From Candidatus Thorarchaeota archaeon (GTDB taxonomy: Archaea > Asgardarchaeota > Thorarchaeia > Thorarchaeales > Thorarchaeaceae), in assembly GCA_048882325.1 (NCBI GenBank), contig JBHLRS010000044.1, positions 1 through 27,331 of the forward strand: a stretch of DNA of 27,331 nucleotides, in the 5' to 3' direction. Positions 8,567-16,867 of this stretch are shown in pieces. Every line of letters begins with the position of its first letter. Position 1 is the stretch's first letter. A program made the translations under genes and the position numbers. The notes beneath the pieces are model-generated. The model searched no databases. It had not been told where the DNA came from and saw only the letters and a program-made list of their open reading frames with translations.

Positions 8567-9748
8567 CTGACCGACCTCCAATTCTATATTACTGGCTCAG
8601 TTGGCGAACCTTCAGATGATGATCCTAACACTGTGGTTCGCAAAGAGGAAACGATCTCTATCCTATCTGAACTCATCCCCAAGCCCTTGGCGAGAGAAGA
8701 GCTTGCATCTGAAATGCAAAAACTAGTCCCGCACCTTCTAAAGATTGGAGTGCTAAAAGAGGAGGAAGGTTTGTTGTCACTCGGTTTTCCATGTTTCACT
8801 GAGAATGACTATCAGATGATGAACAAATCATTAGAAACAACAGCACAGAGTGTTGTAAATGCGCTAAGGGAAAACTGGTCCCTTATTTCAGAAATTGTGA
8901 CCAGAGTTGGTAAGTACTCCGGTACTCCTATTGAAGAGAAGCTTTACAATATTCTTGGATGCGTGATTCTGGATTGGTTCAGTTTGGGGTGGCTGTCAGA
9001 AGCAGGACTCATTTTCTACAGAAAAGAACAGCCAAACGGAAGCAGATATCTTCTGCAGGGTATTACCAAGGAGGCATATCAGACTAGTTTTTCTCGTTTT
9101 TGCTATTCATTTACAGCAGGAACTGAGGAGTGGAGATTCACTGTGTTTGGGCAGGCGAACGACAAGAGGTGGATAACACCTGAGCTTCAGGTGTATCAGA
9201 GTGGGACTATCAGAAAACATATGTTTGCACCAGAACCTCTTCCAGCTGTTAGTGCGTTATTCTCACAAATTGCCAACTACCATTTGCTTGCTCAAATTGC
9301 GGATACTCTCGCTATGGGTAATGTAAGTAGAAAAACAATCGAGGAATCATTCAATCTGGATGGGAATGCAAGTAAAGCCATAGAGAGATACTTGATTGAA
9401 TCCAAAATCATTGAATTGTCTAATGACTCCGTTTGGGTTCCAAGGTCTATGTTACTAACACTTCAAGACAAAGAGCCGCTTGATGAGCTCTACCATCTCA
9501 CAAGAAGTAGAATCATAGAGGCAGTCGCCAATGAAAAAGACAATCTGTTTAAGGAATATGAAGAAACGACATCAGGGAAACATGGCGTACCTTTTCTGGA
9601 AACCATGACTGACCTGTGGCACGATATTTTCTCTCGCACTATCAAGACATTTCTTGATGAGAAACTTATGAAGACAATGTATACTGAAGGTCAGACATCA
9701 TATAGTAGCTTCATCTGGAAAAAGGGAGTAATTGATTTCGAACTGTAA
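8567..9748 (+). CDS. Hypothetical protein with a two-fold internal repeat (possibly winged-helix), probable CTG start
   Basis: 371-aa track ORF from GTG 8633. The frame is open to CTG 8567, which lies 6 nt after GGTGAT and about 30 nt after TTTTATAT. The two halves share a pattern (see findings). Confidence 0.8.
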   Translation: MTDLQFYITGSVGEPSDDDPNTVVRKEETISILSELIPKPLAREELASEMQKLVPHLLKIGVLKEEEGLLSLGFPCFTENDYQMMNKSLETTAQSVVNALRENWSLISEIVTRVGKYSGTPIEEKLYNILGCVILDWFSLGWLSEAGLIFYRKEQPNGSRYLLQGITKEAYQTSFSRFCYSFTAGTEEWRFTVFGQANDKRWITPELQVYQSGTIRKHMFAPEPLPAVSALFSQIANYHLLAQIADTLAMGNVSRKTIEESFNLDGNASKAIERYLIESKIIELSNDSVWVPRSMLLTLQDKEPLDELYHLTRSRIIEAVANEKDNLFKEYEETTSGKHGVPFLETMTDLWHDIFSRTIKTFLDEKLMKTMYTEGQTSYSSFIWKKGVIDFEL

Positions 9749-9791
9749 AAAAAAGGAACCAATGTTTCTTGCAGAGAAGTCACTGCCTAAG

Positions 9792-9812
9792 GGAACTAGC
9801 GATTCTAGTTCC
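9792..9812. terminator. Stem-loop between convergent genes
   Basis: GGAACTAG/CTAGTTCC 8-bp inverted repeat with a 5-nt loop. An A-run just after the 9748 stop gives a U-tract on the minus strand. Confidence 0.45.
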
Positions 9813-9848
9813 ATTCCTATGTTTTTATTCTGATATCCTCTGTTAGAT

Positions 9849-10259
9849 TCACCGGCATTGAATGTACATGTAGAGATTCAGTACAAAAAACAGTACTAAC
9901 AGACCGGTCATAAACCAGCCAGCAATTGGAAGAGGCAACACCAACATATTCCATACCATTCCGATTGCACCAAACAGGTTCCACGCAACGAGAACTATGA
10001 CAAATAGCTCCACTTCTTTCCATGAAGAAGCTCGATATGCGAGGAGAGAACCTATTGCTAGCACAATCAGAATTGCACCCACAACACGACCTGAAGCAGT
10101 TTCAACCGGCCACTCAGTAATGGTGCTCCATGATTCCGGAGAGAAGAAATACCATACTCCGAAAATCAACGATACAATGAATCCGAATAGTAGGATATAC
10201 TTCGCAAAACTTGGGATTTCCCCGCTCATCATCATCCCTAGCTCCAGATGATGCTCCAT
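9849..10259 (-). CDS. Small 4-TM membrane protein, paralog of 4911-5294
   Basis: Four TM segments with clear alignment to 4911-5294. The start may be ATG 10235, after GGAG. Confidence 0.85.
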   Translation of the reverse strand: MEHHLELGMMMSGEIPSFAKYILLFGFIVSLIFGVWYFFSPESWSTITEWPVETASGRVVGAILIVLAIGSLLAYRASSWKEVELFVIVLVAWNLFGAIGMVWNMLVLPLPIAGWFMTGLLVLFFVLNLYMYIQCR

Positions 10260-10349
10260 TGCTTATCTAAATTCCTAAAGCTAGCGAACACACACAAAGC
10301 ACTGTTCGAACATTAGACAAGTTATCAAAATTGATGGTGACAGAAGAAA

Positions 10350-10424
10350 TGGAGCCGGCTCTGGGATTTGCACCCAGGTAGAACAGATTTGCAGTCTGTC
10401 GCGTAGCTACTCCGCCAAACCGGC
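10350..10424 (-). tRNA. trnC: tRNA-Cys (anticodon GCA), intron-less, CCA encoded
   Basis: Reverse complement GCCGGTTTGGCGGAGTAGCTACGCGACAGACTGCAAATCTGTTCTACCTGGGTGCAAATCCCAGAGCCGGCTCCA folds as a cloverleaf: acceptor GCCGGTT/AGCCGGC, anticodon stem ACAGA/TCTGT with loop CT-GCA-AA, T stem CTGGG/CCCAG, U73 discriminator typical of tRNA-Cys. TATA-like CTTAAAT about 30 nt upstream. Confidence 0.95.
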
Positions 10425-10572
10425 ACAGCTGTGAGGACAATCTTCATTCCTGATTTAAGGATGTCGGCAAAATCAGCAAGCAAAATCGAAATACACTCGG
10501 AGTAATTGAGTGGAACTGTCAAATAACGGTAAACCCTGGATTATGATTATCAAGTTTCAGAGGTTATGTGAA

Positions 10573-11421
10573 TTGAAGTATGGCATATACCCATATTGCT
10601 TTCTTTATGGAAATGGAAGCAAGGGAATAGACTTTCATGTAGACCTTGCAGTGGCAGCAGAAGATGCAGGGTGGGATGGATTCTTCATATGGGACCACAT
10701 CTGGGCATGCTGGGAAGGTACTATGGGAGTTGTTGATTCATGGATTGTAATGGCTGCTGTTGCTGCCAAAACTGAAGAGATCATGATAGGTCCTATGGTC
10801 ACACCAATTCCCCGTAGAAGACCATCAAAACTTGCAAGAGAAACTGCTTCACTTGATTGCCTATCAAACGGTCGATTGATATTGGGTGTAGGTCTTGGTG
10901 GTTTCCAAGAAGAGTTCGATCACTTTGGCGACACCTCTAATCCGAAAGTTCGAGCAAAGATGTTAGACGAAGGGCTCGAAGTACTTACAGGACTCTGGAG
11001 TGGTGAGCCATTCTCTTTTGAGGGGGAGTACTACCAGCAGAAGGAGGTGACTTTTCTCCCAAAACCTGTCCAGAAGAAGATACCAATCTGGGTTGCAGGT
11101 TATTGGCCAAAGAAAGCGCCTTTCAAGAGGGCAGCACGATATGATGGTGTGTTTCCTCTTGCGGGCGGGGAAGATGGGATAAGTATTGAGGGAATAAAAG
11201 AGACTCTCTCGATCATAGAGAAGGAACGAGGCAACCTCCTTAACTATGATGTAGTGGTTTCAGGTGATACTACAGGAGACGACAAGAAAGCAGATTCTGA
11301 GAAGATTCAACTATGCGCTGATGCAGGAATGACTTGGTGGCTAGAGTATCTCATAGATTGGGGAAAGAAGACTCCTAAAGATTTGATGAAACGTGTTAAG
11401 CAGGGGCCACCTGAACTTTAG
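10573..11421 (+). CDS. LLM-class (luciferase-like) flavin/F420-dependent oxidoreductase
   Basis: AEDAGWDGFFIWDH, IGPMVTPIPRRRPSKLARETASLD.LSNGRLILGVGLG and PKPVQ..IPIWVAG motifs. Start placed at TTG 10573 (MKYGIY) after GAGGT; track start 10510. Confidence 0.93.
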   Translation: MKYGIYPYCFLYGNGSKGIDFHVDLAVAAEDAGWDGFFIWDHIWACWEGTMGVVDSWIVMAAVAAKTEEIMIGPMVTPIPRRRPSKLARETASLDCLSNGRLILGVGLGGFQEEFDHFGDTSNPKVRAKMLDEGLEVLTGLWSGEPFSFEGEYYQQKEVTFLPKPVQKKIPIWVAGYWPKKAPFKRAARYDGVFPLAGGEDGISIEGIKETLSIIEKERGNLLNYDVVVSGDTTGDDKKADSEKIQLCADAGMTWWLEYLIDWGKKTPKDLMKRVKQGPPEL

Positions 11422-11564
11422 CAATTTTGGCAACTAATTTGCGGAAACAATGATTCAGCTGAGAGTGAATTCATCGTACATGGTATGAACATATGAGAAA
11501 GAATTTTCAGCAGGTATAAGTAGGAAAGGAAGCATATGCTCGAAATGCGAGGAGGCCAAATGAT

Positions 11565-13379
11565 ATGAAGCAAGTGATAACATCGTTAATTCTGATGCTT
11601 TTTATTGTGAGTCCAATCATTTGCTTAGGTGAGAGCCAAAATACTCCTGCAACAAGCAGCCTCTTGTATGCTGATGCTTTTAGGGATCTCCAGCCTGGAT
11701 GGACTTCCGAAACAATCTATCAGACCAATCCACTAGGACCTGCATCCATCTGTGAAACTGGCACTAACGAAGTATTAGTGCTAGACAAAGCATCTTCTGA
11801 AATTGTTGAACTCGAGCTAAATGGGAGTTTGTCAACTTATCTTCCTCTAGGAGATATTTCATTGGATGCTATTGCATTTCAAACAAATGCAAATAGAGTG
11901 ATTGGAATTGGGGATGGAGCATTCTACACATTGAATACAACATCTATTCATGTCATAAAAGAACATCCGCCCAATGTTACATTCTCAAATCTTGTTGTAG
12001 ATCCTTCAGATGACTCAATTTATACAGGCCACTGGATGAATGATTCTAGTATCTACCACTTCGACGTAAATGGTGAGTTCATCTCGACAGTTCGCACAGG
12101 GATTCTTGGATGCGCACAGCTCGCCGTTGATTCAGCACAGAATCTACTCTACTATTCAGAAACGTTTCCTGGTAGAATTACAAAGTTGAACATGACAACA
12201 AATACAACTTCGGTTCTAACATCAGGAATTGCAATCCCGGGGACCGGAGAAGGAATTAGTATAGCTACTGATCCATTGGGGAATCTCTATTATTTAGTTG
12301 CTGAGGGAACAGAGAAAGGGTTACACAAATACAATGGAACTGCATTTGAATTCGTTATGCCAGCAAAACTAGGGATAGGGGCGATAAGTTGGTCTAACAA
12401 GTTCAACTCATTTCTGGGGACACCAGGATATGGCGCATGTGTCGTACAATTCGATCCAGCTAAAACCGAGGCAGAAAGAATTACACCAACTGTCAATACT
12501 CGTGCAATCATTGAAACTTCAGATGGATTACTACTAATTGGGTTGGAAAAGGATATCTTCAGAATCGAATCAGGAACATTTACCCCGTTCATATCCGAGC
12601 TGCCATATCCATGTGGCGGATTGACCTTAGATGGTAGTGAAAATATCTATGCAAGTCTTAGCAACGACTCTGTGTTGATTCTGAAGGTTTTTCCAGATGG
12701 CTCAAATTCAACCTGGTTTCAAAAAGACTTGAAGGGATTTCCTAATGGTCTAGTATATGATTCAAAGAACAACCTCATGATTCAAATGACTAATAATTTC
12801 CAAAATGGGACATTTGACCTATGGAGATTACCTGTAGAAAGCCCCTATGACTATTCGAAAATCGCTACTATTGAAAATGCTACGTCTGGCGATCTAACTG
12901 TTGATAGATCTGGAAATATCTATGTTCTAGAACGGTCAGAGAATATATTATACAAAATACCTGATCAGACAGATATTGTAGAAACTGTAGCTATCAATGT
13001 TGTCGAACACGCATTTCTTGTGTATCCGCACATAGCATACTCAACTCACGCGGACGCTGTCATACTTTGTCGAAATGACGACCTTCAGGCGTGGCCAGTA
13101 AACGGGAGTAGCTCGTATATTCTCGGTGTGAGCGCTACAGGTATAGATCATGAAGGACTCTTTGAAAATGCAGAAAGAGATCTTGTCGGGACACATTCGG
13201 GGCAAATCTTCAAACTTCATTATGAAGAATCCGCAAGCGCAACTACACCATCAACAACAACTGAACCAACCACGCACCCTGTTGAACCGCCATCAATTCC
13301 CTTTGAGATGTTGGCTATTGTAGTTGGAGCGATGGTTGTCATAATTGCTATAGTGGTCTGTGTGAAATTGAAGCGTTAG
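11565..13379 (+). CDS. Secreted, membrane-anchored beta-propeller protein (NHL/SMP-30-like blades)
   Basis: Signal peptide; repeated blade motifs (LVVDPSDDSIY, LAVDSAQNLLY, IATDPLGNLY, LTLDGSENIY, LTVDRSGNIY); Thr/Pro linker; C-terminal TM helix + KLKR. SD GAGGAGG. Confidence 0.85.
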   Translation: MKQVITSLILMLFIVSPIICLGESQNTPATSSLLYADAFRDLQPGWTSETIYQTNPLGPASICETGTNEVLVLDKASSEIVELELNGSLSTYLPLGDISLDAIAFQTNANRVIGIGDGAFYTLNTTSIHVIKEHPPNVTFSNLVVDPSDDSIYTGHWMNDSSIYHFDVNGEFISTVRTGILGCAQLAVDSAQNLLYYSETFPGRITKLNMTTNTTSVLTSGIAIPGTGEGISIATDPLGNLYYLVAEGTEKGLHKYNGTAFEFVMPAKLGIGAISWSNKFNSFLGTPGYGACVVQFDPAKTEAERITPTVNTRAIIETSDGLLLIGLEKDIFRIESGTFTPFISELPYPCGGLTLDGSENIYASLSNDSVLILKVFPDGSNSTWFQKDLKGFPNGLVYDSKNNLMIQMTNNFQNGTFDLWRLPVESPYDYSKIATIENATSGDLTVDRSGNIYVLERSENILYKIPDQTDIVETVAINVVEHAFLVYPHIAYSTHADAVILCRNDDLQAWPVNGSSSYILGVSATGIDHEGLFENAERDLVGTHSGQIFKLHYEESASATTPSTTTEPTTHPVEPPSIPFEMLAIVVGAMVVIIAIVVCVKLKR

Positions 13380-13534
13380 AAAATATGAGCTGAAATAAGC
13401 AGGGGCACAGTTCATTCAGTTTGGAAATCACCACTCCTATTGCATTTTGACCTACTCTGTTTGTGAGGTTACTAATCACGAAAACCCTAACAGTCCTCCT
13501 AAGTTTACTTTGAGTTGTTTTATGGACTAACATA

Positions 13535-14260
13535 TTAGCTGAACACCAGCAGGTCTGGCAGAATCGAGTATCCGCTCAAGGTTATCGATGTGAGATTTAT
13601 TAGCACGTGGATAATTGCTAATGGCCACATGCTTTTTGATTTTCTATAAAGATAGATGTAGCCAATTGATATCAATGTCTGAATGGGTACAAATAATTCA
13701 CTGAATGGGAAAATGTATTGACCCTCAGGAAGGAACAAAACCCAGAAGAGAAGATGAATCAGACTTATGAAGACTAAGTACAAAAGACCCCCTATTGCAA
13801 TCATCCACTTCCTCTTTGGACCCTCTTTGAAGAACTCGGCATAGGAGTCGAAAGTATAGATCCAAATGAGTTGCTCAGAAAATGCATTCAGGGGTGCCCA
13901 GATTACAAGAGTGAAAATGAAACCCAGAAGGTTGAATTCTGATACTCGCTGAAAAGTGATTAGTTCGAATCCGATTAGAAGTAACTGAAGAATCAAGATC
14001 ACCATGAAGATTGAACTCATATAACCTGTGAACTGATTTCGAATTTCTCCCCTCCGTAATTCATACCCAACCGAGCCGCGTCTCCATCTTACGATTGCTA
14101 AACAGAAAACACCATAGTAAAGTATCAGTGGAATCAGTGCTCCCGTTGCATCGAACAAAAATCCGGCTGCAATGGGTAATCCTATTGCGGCCAAAGTAGC
14201 TAAAACTAGATCTAAATAAGTTGGTTCGAAGTTATCTGGGACATCAGAGAGAATTGTCAT
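13535..14260 (-). CDS. CPBP (Abi/Rce1, type II CAAX protease) family membrane protein with degenerate motifs
   Basis: About 7 TM helices, NAFSEQLIW at the EExxxR position, LIH, and YLYRKSKSMWPLAIIHVLIN (HxxxN motif). Confidence 0.75.
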   Translation of the reverse strand: MTILSDVPDNFEPTYLDLVLATLAAIGLPIAAGFLFDATGALIPLILYYGVFCLAIVRWRRGSVGYELRRGEIRNQFTGYMSSIFMVILILQLLLIGFELITFQRVSEFNLLGFIFTLVIWAPLNAFSEQLIWIYTFDSYAEFFKEGPKRKWMIAIGGLLYLVFISLIHLLFWVLFLPEGQYIFPFSELFVPIQTLISIGYIYLYRKSKSMWPLAIIHVLINLTSITLSGYSILPDLLVFS

Positions 14261-14518
14261 AATCGATTCGACTCATTCACCTTTGCTTTTTTCTTTTAGA
14301 AGTTGCTTTTTCACTGTCGTCAGCACTTTGTGGTCGAATTCGATTTATATGCTTGCTTTTCCAGTTGTGTATCTTTTCTCATCAAGCATTCTGGAAACTT
14401 CATCTTGAAGCACAACCGCCCTAATGCACGATATCCTTAGGATTCCTTTTCATGGAGCAAAATGGTTGAGCGTGACTCAAAAGATCATGTTCTCCTTTTG
14501 CTTTAGCGATATTAGATT

Positions 14519-15145
14519 TCAACGAACAATTGCACGTATCATAACTACTAGATTCTCAACAAATTTAGTATCAGCACCGAAATACCCTGGAAACATTATC
14601 TGATACGTCATCAAGGTTCCAATCATGCGTTCAATCACAGGCTCAGATCCCTTGATATCAATTGACTCGTCAGGGAACCTTTTTGACAAACTATCAATGA
14701 ATTCCACAAACATTCTCCAACCCTGAGTCATTGATTCGAGAGACTCAAGTGACTCAACGACATTCTCATACTTATCAACATCTACCAGCATCTCTATTTG
14801 CACTGCTGCAAGGAAGTGTCGATCATTCCTTCGTAATTCTAAAACAGCTTGCAAGAGCTTGCCTAGTACCTCATCGAATGTTTTTCCATGCAATAACTCA
14901 TCGGATTTCAATAACGACCCACTTGTCTCGAATGCAGCCTGTTGCATCTTCGATAACAACTCGGCTAGAATGGAAGTCTTTCCATCAGGAAAATGGTAGT
15001 AAAGAGTACCTATACTGACCTTTGATTGATAGGCGATATCATTTACATTAAGATTTGTGTATCCTTTTTTCCTGATTGCCCTTTCGGCAGTGCGCAAAAT
15101 CCGTTCTTTGGCTTTTGACTTTCTCATAACGATTGATATCTTCAC
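14519..15145 (-). CDS. TetR/AcrR family transcriptional regulator
   Basis: KERILRTAERAIRKKGYTNLNVNDIAYQSKVSIGTLYYHFPDGK is a TetR N-terminal HTH. Confidence 0.93.
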   Translation of the reverse strand: MKISIVMRKSKAKERILRTAERAIRKKGYTNLNVNDIAYQSKVSIGTLYYHFPDGKTSILAELLSKMQQAAFETSGSLLKSDELLHGKTFDEVLGKLLQAVLELRRNDRHFLAAVQIEMLVDVDKYENVVESLESLESMTQGWRMFVEFIDSLSKRFPDESIDIKGSEPVIERMIGTLMTYQIMFPGYFGADTKFVENLVVMIRAIVR

Positions 15146-15166
15146 CCAATCTCATATAACATCTTT

Positions 15167-15233
15167 GAATTCGAGTCGGAATCGAAAATCCTAAAAGGGA
15201 GAAATACGTAATAGAATCCGAGTCGAACTCGAA
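15167..15233. promoter_or_regulatory. Pair of pseudo-palindromic operator-like boxes in the TetR / methyltransferase divergent promoter
   Basis: GAATTCGAGTCGGAATCGAA (15167-15186) and GAATCCGAGTCGAACTCGAA (15214-15233) are 17/20 identical, each with dyad symmetry (consensus TTCGAGT-N3-ACTCGAA). Confidence 0.7.
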
Positions 15234-15249
15234 TAATGAAGGTATTAGA

Positions 15250-16068
15250 ATGACAAAGAAATTGAGCAGACAAGAAGTTGCTAAGCTTGGACTCTATGAT
15301 TTCCTAGGGTATATTGACGCATTTGATTCCCCATATATCGGAGGACTTGCTGGAACTCGCATGTTAATCGAACGCTTGGGTATACCAAAAGATGAGGATT
15401 TCCGAGTGCTTGAGGTTGCATGCGCATCTGGATTTACAAGCTGTATGATTGCTAAAGAGTATGGATGTCAGGTGACAGGGATTGATATCTCTGAGGTCCT
15501 AATCTCAAAGGCTCAGGACAGGTCTAAAAGAATGGGATTGACCAATGTTCGATTTCAGGTAGCAGACGCAACAAGACTTCCATTTGAAGACAATTCTTTT
15601 GATGCTGTTTTTGGAGTTGCAATAGTAGCGCTCCTCCCTATGAAAGAAGAATTATTACAGGAATTCAAGAGGGTCACAAAACCAGGAGGTTCTATCGGGA
15701 CCCTGGACCTCTTTGCTAAAAGTGGGGCGGATAAAGAGATTGTAGAATCCTTCAGCACTTCTATGAAAGCCCTCCTCGAATATGATGTGGCAATCTTGGA
15801 TATTCAGAGATGGAGAAGCATCTTTGAAAAGACAGGATTGGATAGTATTGATGTTGAAGAAAACTACACTGATGTTCTGCTAAATACAAGAAAACGTTCG
15901 GGTACTATCAAAGCTACGATGAAGATGCTCTATCACATGTTGATCAATGGTGCTATAAGAAAACGGATGATGAAGTTGATGGGTTTAAGAAAGACAGCCA
16001 TCATGAGGGATGACGAAGGATTCGAACATTTGGGATACCTAGTATTCACCGGTCGTAAGATGAAATAG
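15250..16068 (+). CDS. Class I SAM-dependent methyltransferase (Methyltransf_11/25-type)
   Basis: VLEVACASG (motif I), VTGIDIS, VADATRLPFEDNSFDAVF, RVTKPGG. Confidence 0.92.
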   Translation: MTKKLSRQEVAKLGLYDFLGYIDAFDSPYIGGLAGTRMLIERLGIPKDEDFRVLEVACASGFTSCMIAKEYGCQVTGIDISEVLISKAQDRSKRMGLTNVRFQVADATRLPFEDNSFDAVFGVAIVALLPMKEELLQEFKRVTKPGGSIGTLDLFAKSGADKEIVESFSTSMKALLEYDVAILDIQRWRSIFEKTGLDSIDVEENYTDVLLNTRKRSGTIKATMKMLYHMLINGAIRKRMMKLMGLRKTAIMRDDEGFEHLGYLVFTGRKMK

Positions 16069-16078
16069 AATGAAATAA

Positions 16079-16738
16079 CTACTCATTTCCACCTGCTATT
16101 TTAAGAAACTCCAAGGTACGTTTCCAAGCAAGTTGCGCTGCTGCTTCATAATAGGCATCCACGCAATCTGGCTCAAAGAACCAGTGTCCAGTACCCTCGT
16201 AGGTATAGAAGGTTACAGAGCGACCAGCTTTCTTCAGTGACTTCTCCAGCTCCTCTACATTTTCTCTTGACTCATAGGGATCATTCTCAGCAAAGTGACC
16301 TAGATAGTTTGCTCGTGATGTGCTATGGTCTACAGGCCCAGTACCATAAAACAAGACAACAGATCGAATGTGCTCAGGATCAGAAGCAGCGAGATCCAGT
16401 GCATAGTAAGAGCCCAAAGAGAAACTGACCACAGCAAGATCACAGTCTGTAGCTCCTGTCTTTTTACATAGAAATTTGACTGCCTCAGCAATCTCGGCTT
16501 TTGCTTGCAAGTAGTTCTCATCGAGGGTAGAGCCGAGAGATTCCGCTTCAGGAATAGTGTTGGCAACTTTACCATGATAGAGGTCCGGGGCAAAGGTCAG
16601 GAAGCCAGCCTTGGCCAATCTGTCACAGATGTTTCTTATAGTGGTATTCAATCCCCACCAAGCATGCAGGACCAGAACCGGAGCCGCGGAGCTAGATGGA
16701 GGAGTGACAAGATAGCCATCAGGTTGAGAAGTTGTCAT
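16079..16738 (-). CDS. Dienelactone hydrolase family alpha/beta-hydrolase
   Basis: VLVLHAWWGLN, APDLYHG, nucleophile elbow SFSLG, VLFYG, HFAENDPYE, YEGTGHWFFE and AAQLAWKRT motifs. Start ATG 16738 after AGGAGG (track 16759). Confidence 0.92.
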   Translation of the reverse strand: MTTSQPDGYLVTPPSSSAAPVLVLHAWWGLNTTIRNICDRLAKAGFLTFAPDLYHGKVANTIPEAESLGSTLDENYLQAKAEIAEAVKFLCKKTGATDCDLAVVSFSLGSYYALDLAASDPEHIRSVVLFYGTGPVDHSTSRANYLGHFAENDPYESRENVEELEKSLKKAGRSVTFYTYEGTGHWFFEPDCVDAYYEAAAQLAWKRTLEFLKIAGGNE

Positions 16739-16867
16739 TTTCCTCCTGATGGTGCACATAGCATTTAAGCATGTCCGCGTTGACCGAGGAAAACAGATTA
16801 GGAGGAGTGAGGGTGCCCTTGAATCTTGCAGATTATCTGCACAAGTGTTACATCACTATCAAGGAAA

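Noticed and set aside
4911-10349. Integrative element inserted at tRNA-Cys
   Set aside because: No integrase or transposase, and I found no duplicate of the tRNA 3' end within the window; an att site outside the window cannot be excluded.
10325-10522. 65-aa ORF
   Set aside because: Spurious: it overlies the tRNA-Cys gene.
14261-14518. Small gene between CPBP and TetR
   Set aside because: Only very short minus-strand ORFs (AGGAG-ATG ATC TTT TGA and others under 30 codons); better explained as promoter sequence.
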